From Myxococcota bacterium (GTDB taxonomy: Bacteria > Myxococcota_A > UBA796 > CAJQPC01): a stretch of DNA of 45,694 bases. The position numbers were made by a program, and so were the translations under genes. The stretch covers positions 1 to 45,694 of the forward strand of contig JAZAMN010000005.1 in NCBI GenBank assembly GCA_036229005.1, given 5' to 3'. This document shows, in pieces, positions 41,881 to 45,694 of the stretch (the stretch's first letter is position 1; every line of letters begins with the position of its first letter). The notes below the pieces were generated by a model. That model saw only the letters and a list, made by a program, of their open reading frames with translations. It ran no database searches and was not told where the DNA came from.

Positions 41881-43718
41881 ACCTGCTCCCCATCCTCTCG
41901 CTCCTGCTGGCCTGCGCCCAGGACCCCTGCCCCACCTGGTACACCGACCTGGACGCGGACGGCTACGGCGTCCCCGACTCCGGCGTCCGCTCCTGCGAAC
42001 CCATGGCGGGCCGCGCGGAGCAGGCCGGCGACTGCAACGATGGCGACCCCCAGGTGAACCCGGCGGCCTGGGACATCCCGGCGGACGGCCGAGACCAGGA
42101 CTGCGACGGCGAGGACCTCTGCGCGGGCGCCCTGCGGGTCACCGGAGCGACGGTCTGCGGTGACCAACCCATCGTCCTGACGCAGACCACCCACCTGGTG
42201 CCCAGCGGCGGCTGCCTCTGCGCAAGCACCGAGAGCCTGACCGTGCCCGGGGACACGCCCAACAGCGATCTGAGTCAGCTCCACTCGGTGGCGGGCGCGC
42301 TGGTGCTGTCGCTGCGCCAGGCCGACCTGGACCTGCCCGCCCTGCGCGACGTGGGCTCCCTGGAGGCCGAGATGGAGGGCTACGCGCTGAGCGCCCCCGC
42401 GCTCTCCAGCGCCGGCTCTCTGGACCTGGAGGACCCTGGCGACGTGGACCTGAGCGCTCTGGCGGAGTGCCCAGCGCTGGAGATCAACAGCCCGGTGGGC
42501 GCCCTCGACATGTCCTCGCTGGCGGAGGCCGAGTCGGTGAGGTTGATCTGGAGTCAGCAGCTACAGGGGTGGACCCTCCCGCCCGAAGCGCGCTTCGAGC
42601 AGCTCCTCATCTCCTACTCAAAGGGCGTGGGCCTGCCGGCGGATCTGCGCGTCGGGGAGCTCACCCTGAACTACCCCAACCGCCCCGAGTGGCTGCTGGA
42701 CTGGGAGGTGGACAGCCTGATTTTGATCGTCACCACCGAGGCGGAAATCGAAGGCCTCAGCCACCTCTCCCGCCTGGAGATTCGGGCCCGGGGCGCCGCG
42801 AGCCTGCCCGATCTCGTGGAGCTGCAGACGCTGGAGAACGAGGCCCCCGGGACGCTGACCCTGGACGCGCTGCAGTGGCTGGAGGCGGGCGTCTGCTTGG
42901 GCCCCCTGAGCGCCGCCAGCCTGCAGGAGCTGGGGACCCTGGACCTGGGCCGGGGCGGAAGTCTGTACGCCCCCGAGCTGCGCACCCTTCAGCAGCTCAG
43001 CGGCGCCAGCGTCGTGGACCTGCCCATGCTCCAGGAGGCCGTCACCCTGGAGATCGGCGGCGGGGACCTCCCCAGCCTGCGCAGCGTGGATGTGCTGGAG
43101 ACGCCGATTTGGGGCAGCAACGTCGCGAGCCTCCCCGAGCTGGAGAGCGTGGGCACCGTCCTCTTGGGTCGGGTCTACGCTCCGGCGCTGGAGACCCTCC
43201 CCCAGGGCAGCCTGATCGTCGAAGCGGGCGGGCTGGAGTCCCTCCGCCGGGTGGACGGCACCCTGACCCTGAGCGGCTCCGGCGAGCTCCCCGCCCTGCG
43301 CAGCGTCGGCGAGGTGCTGGAGCTGGACGCCGTCGACGCCCTGAACAGCCCGCTGCTCCTGGACCTGTCTGCCCTCAAGGTCAGCGGCGAGAGCCCGACC
43401 CAGCTCCCGGACCCCACGCCTTCGGGGGTGCGCGCCGTCCGCTTCATGCCCACGGAGCACGTGGACTGGGGGACCGTGGCCGGGGGCCTCTTGGTGGACT
43501 GCGACGGCGCGCGCTGCGGCCCCCCGGACCTCTACGTGGCGCAGGTACAGGGCGCGGCCGAGATCAACGGCAGCCACTGGACGGATCTGGGCGCCTTCGG
43601 CCTGGGGCGGGTCGAGGGGGACCTGAGCTACTGCCTGCCTGGCGTCCCCACCGCCGAGCTGGATGCCTGGCTCGACACCATCGAAATCCTCGGCACCGTC
43701 GAGGCCACCTGCCCATGA
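41877..43718 (+). CDS. array paralog 4
   Basis: Start re-called to GTG 41877 (GTGA overlap). Same architecture, closest to paralog 3. Confidence 0.88.
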   Translation: MNLLPILSLLLACAQDPCPTWYTDLDADGYGVPDSGVRSCEPMAGRAEQAGDCNDGDPQVNPAAWDIPADGRDQDCDGEDLCAGALRVTGATVCGDQPIVLTQTTHLVPSGGCLCASTESLTVPGDTPNSDLSQLHSVAGALVLSLRQADLDLPALRDVGSLEAEMEGYALSAPALSSAGSLDLEDPGDVDLSALAECPALEINSPVGALDMSSLAEAESVRLIWSQQLQGWTLPPEARFEQLLISYSKGVGLPADLRVGELTLNYPNRPEWLLDWEVDSLILIVTTEAEIEGLSHLSRLEIRARGAASLPDLVELQTLENEAPGTLTLDALQWLEAGVCLGPLSAASLQELGTLDLGRGGSLYAPELRTLQQLSGASVVDLPMLQEAVTLEIGGGDLPSLRSVDVLETPIWGSNVASLPELESVGTVLLGRVYAPALETLPQGSLIVEAGGLESLRRVDGTLTLSGSGELPALRSVGEVLELDAVDALNSPLLLDLSALKVSGESPTQLPDPTPSGVRAVRFMPTEHVDWGTVAGGLLVDCDGARCGPPDLYVAQVQGAAEINGSHWTDLGAFGLGRVEGDLSYCLPGVPTAELDAWLDTIEILGTVEATCP

Positions 43719-45589
43719 ACTGGCTGCCCATGAACCTTCCCGCCCTGCTGCTCTCCCTGCTGGCCTGCGCCTCCTCGCCAGAGGACACGGGCCCCTGCCC
43801 CACCTGGTACGCCGACGTGGACGGCGACGGCTACGGCAGCGACGACGACGCGGTGGCCTCCTGCGAGCCCCTGGTCGGCCGCAGCCTGGAGGCCGGCGAC
43901 TGCGACGACCGCGACCCCCACACCCACCCGGACGCGCCCGACCCCAGCGCGGACGGCGTCGACGCGGACTGCGACGGCCTGGACGGCTGCGAGGGCGCGG
44001 TGAGCGTGCTGGCCGAAGACCTGACGACCTGCGATGGCCAGCTCTTCGACGTGGTCGGGGACCTGATCCACCCGCCCGCGGGGGACTGCGTGTGCTCCGT
44101 CAGCGGCACGCTCACCCTCATCGACGCCGCCGACGCCGCCGAGCTGGACCGCCTGGAGAGCGTCGGCGGTCACCTGGAGGTGGACCTGCTCAGCGAGCGC
44201 CTGAGCCTGCCCCTGCTCACGCAGATCGATGTGCGTCTGCTCGTCGCCCTCCCCGACGGAAGCCTGGAGCTGCCCCGCCTCCAGTCGGTGCCCAGCGTCG
44301 ACCTGGAGGGCGTCTCCGAGGTGGAGCTCGGGGCCCTGCGCGAGTGCCTCAGCTTCACCCTCCACGACAGCAGCGTGGTGTCGCTGGAGCTGCCCGAGCT
44401 GGACCGCCTCAGCACCCTGAGCATCGAGCACAACAGCGCTCTGCAGCGCGTGGTGATGGCCCCGGACGCCAGGGTCTCCATCCTCACCGTCGAGTCCAAC
44501 GGCGCCCTGGCCCCCCTGCCCTTCCCCCAAGGCGTGCAGACCGGCTCGCTGTACTGGACTGGCGGGGGGGAGCGCTCCGAGCTGAGCGTGGGCGCCCTCG
44601 GGAGCCTGAGCCTGGGGGGCCACGGCGAGCTGGCCCTGCCCGGCCTGGCCTCCTACCCGCACACCCTCCGAATCGACGGCAGCCTGAGCGTCTCGCTGCC
44701 CGACCTGAGCTCCGTCGAGGCCCTGGACCTGCGCTACGGCGCCCTGGACGCCCCCGAACTGGTCCAGGTCGGCGCCATCGAGCTGACCAGCGCGACCCTG
44801 AGCGCGCCCCTGTTGACCCAGACCAGCGAGGTGATCCGCAGCGACGCCAACAGCCACCTGGACCTGCCGCGCCTGGAGGGCATCCACACCCTGGTGAGCC
44901 TGGGCAGCGCCGACCTGAGCAGTCTGCGCGAGGTCACCTACCTGACCTCGGGGCCAGGCACCCTGCCCGCCCTGGTCCAGGTCTACTCCCTGTACGGCGA
45001 GGGCGCGTACCCCAAGCTGGTGAGCGCCCACCAGCTCTTCGGGACCCCCAGCGCGCCGGCGCTCACCCAGGTCACCTGGGGCACCTTCACCGCGGCCCCC
45101 GGTCACCTCGACGGGCTGCGGAGCATCGACGGGAGCGTCTACCTGGAGGACCAGGCGGTGCTCCCTGGTCTGCGCAGCGCCTGGGCCCTCCACCTCGTCG
45201 ACGTCACCGACTTCCAGGTGCCCGAGAGCGCCAGCATCGGCTTCCTGGTCCTGAGCGGTCAGACCGCCACGCCCCTGCCCGACCCGCTGCCCTGGCCCCT
45301 GCGCTTTGACAACTTCGCACCCAGCGCGCCCTTCGCCCTGGGCGAGATCGACGGCGGGGTGCACCTCCACGACGGCAAGCAGCACCAGGCCCCGCAGCTC
45401 TCCTTGGGGACCATCCACGGCAACCTGGAGCTCAACGCCACCCTCTGGACGTCCCTGACCGAGCTGTCCGTGGGCCGGGTCGAGGGGGATCTGCGGCACT
45501 GCCTGCCTGCCGTCCCCACCGCCGAGCTGGAGGCCTGGCTGGACACCGTCGAGATCCACGGCGCCAGCGAGGACACCTGCGAGGACTGA
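43715..45589 (+). CDS. array paralog 5
   Basis: Start re-called to ATG 43715 (ATGA overlap, alternative 43730). Same architecture. Confidence 0.88.
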   Translation: MNWLPMNLPALLLSLLACASSPEDTGPCPTWYADVDGDGYGSDDDAVASCEPLVGRSLEAGDCDDRDPHTHPDAPDPSADGVDADCDGLDGCEGAVSVLAEDLTTCDGQLFDVVGDLIHPPAGDCVCSVSGTLTLIDAADAAELDRLESVGGHLEVDLLSERLSLPLLTQIDVRLLVALPDGSLELPRLQSVPSVDLEGVSEVELGALRECLSFTLHDSSVVSLELPELDRLSTLSIEHNSALQRVVMAPDARVSILTVESNGALAPLPFPQGVQTGSLYWTGGGERSELSVGALGSLSLGGHGELALPGLASYPHTLRIDGSLSVSLPDLSSVEALDLRYGALDAPELVQVGAIELTSATLSAPLLTQTSEVIRSDANSHLDLPRLEGIHTLVSLGSADLSSLREVTYLTSGPGTLPALVQVYSLYGEGAYPKLVSAHQLFGTPSAPALTQVTWGTFTAAPGHLDGLRSIDGSVYLEDQAVLPGLRSAWALHLVDVTDFQVPESASIGFLVLSGQTATPLPDPLPWPLRFDNFAPSAPFALGEIDGGVHLHDGKQHQAPQLSLGTIHGNLELNATLWTSLTELSVGRVEGDLRHCLPAVPTAELEAWLDTVEIHGASEDTCED

Positions 45590-45694
45590 GCCTTGTATGA
45601 CCTCCACCAGGGCCAGGAACGTCTCCTGACACTCACCATGGAGGTCTCCAGGAGAGTCGGGCCGAGCGAGCGCAAGCGAGCGAGGCCCTCCTCG

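Noticed and set aside
39808..43714. 690-, 1135- and 1040-aa versions of array paralogs 3-5
   Set aside because: The N-terminal extensions are Arg/Pro/Gly-rich alternative frames of the preceding paralog. True starts are at the stop/start overlaps that precede the lipoboxes.
36501..45589. Diversity-generating retroelement behind the paralog variation
   Set aside because: No reverse transcriptase in the window, and differences between the conserved 3' blocks are not adenine-specific.

Overview
High-GC bacterial DNA that looks myxobacterial (MYXO-CTERM-like tail, many short-signal lipoproteins). The taxonomy is an inference. Bases 1-9.7 kb hold a minus-strand copper-resistance operon (csoR, P1B-type Cu ATPase, copA-type multicopper oxidase, copB, DUF2231-like protein, APC permease, second multicopper oxidase). 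A MerR-family gene runs off the left edge. The operon abuts the 3' end of a tRNA-Asn(GTT) and is probably a genomic island. Bases 9.8-36.4 kb look like core chromosome: matrixin protease, KamA/EpmB-like radical SAM enzyme, MBL hydrolase, TPR-lytic transglycosylase, two Thr-type sulfatase-like proteins, HxlR/DUF1330 pair, clpB, KstD-like flavoprotein and many lipoproteins. Bases 36.5-45.6 kb are a translationally coupled array of five paralogous lipoproteins with conserved caps and a divergent LRR-like core. The most notable items are this five-gene array, an apparent bacterial homolog of the chloroplast ATP-synthase chaperone PAB, two mutually inverted 31-bp tandem arrays, a 137-bp direct duplication flanking a ThuA-like gene, and ultra-short uncharged signal peptides. 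All family calls come from motif recognition; no database searches were run.
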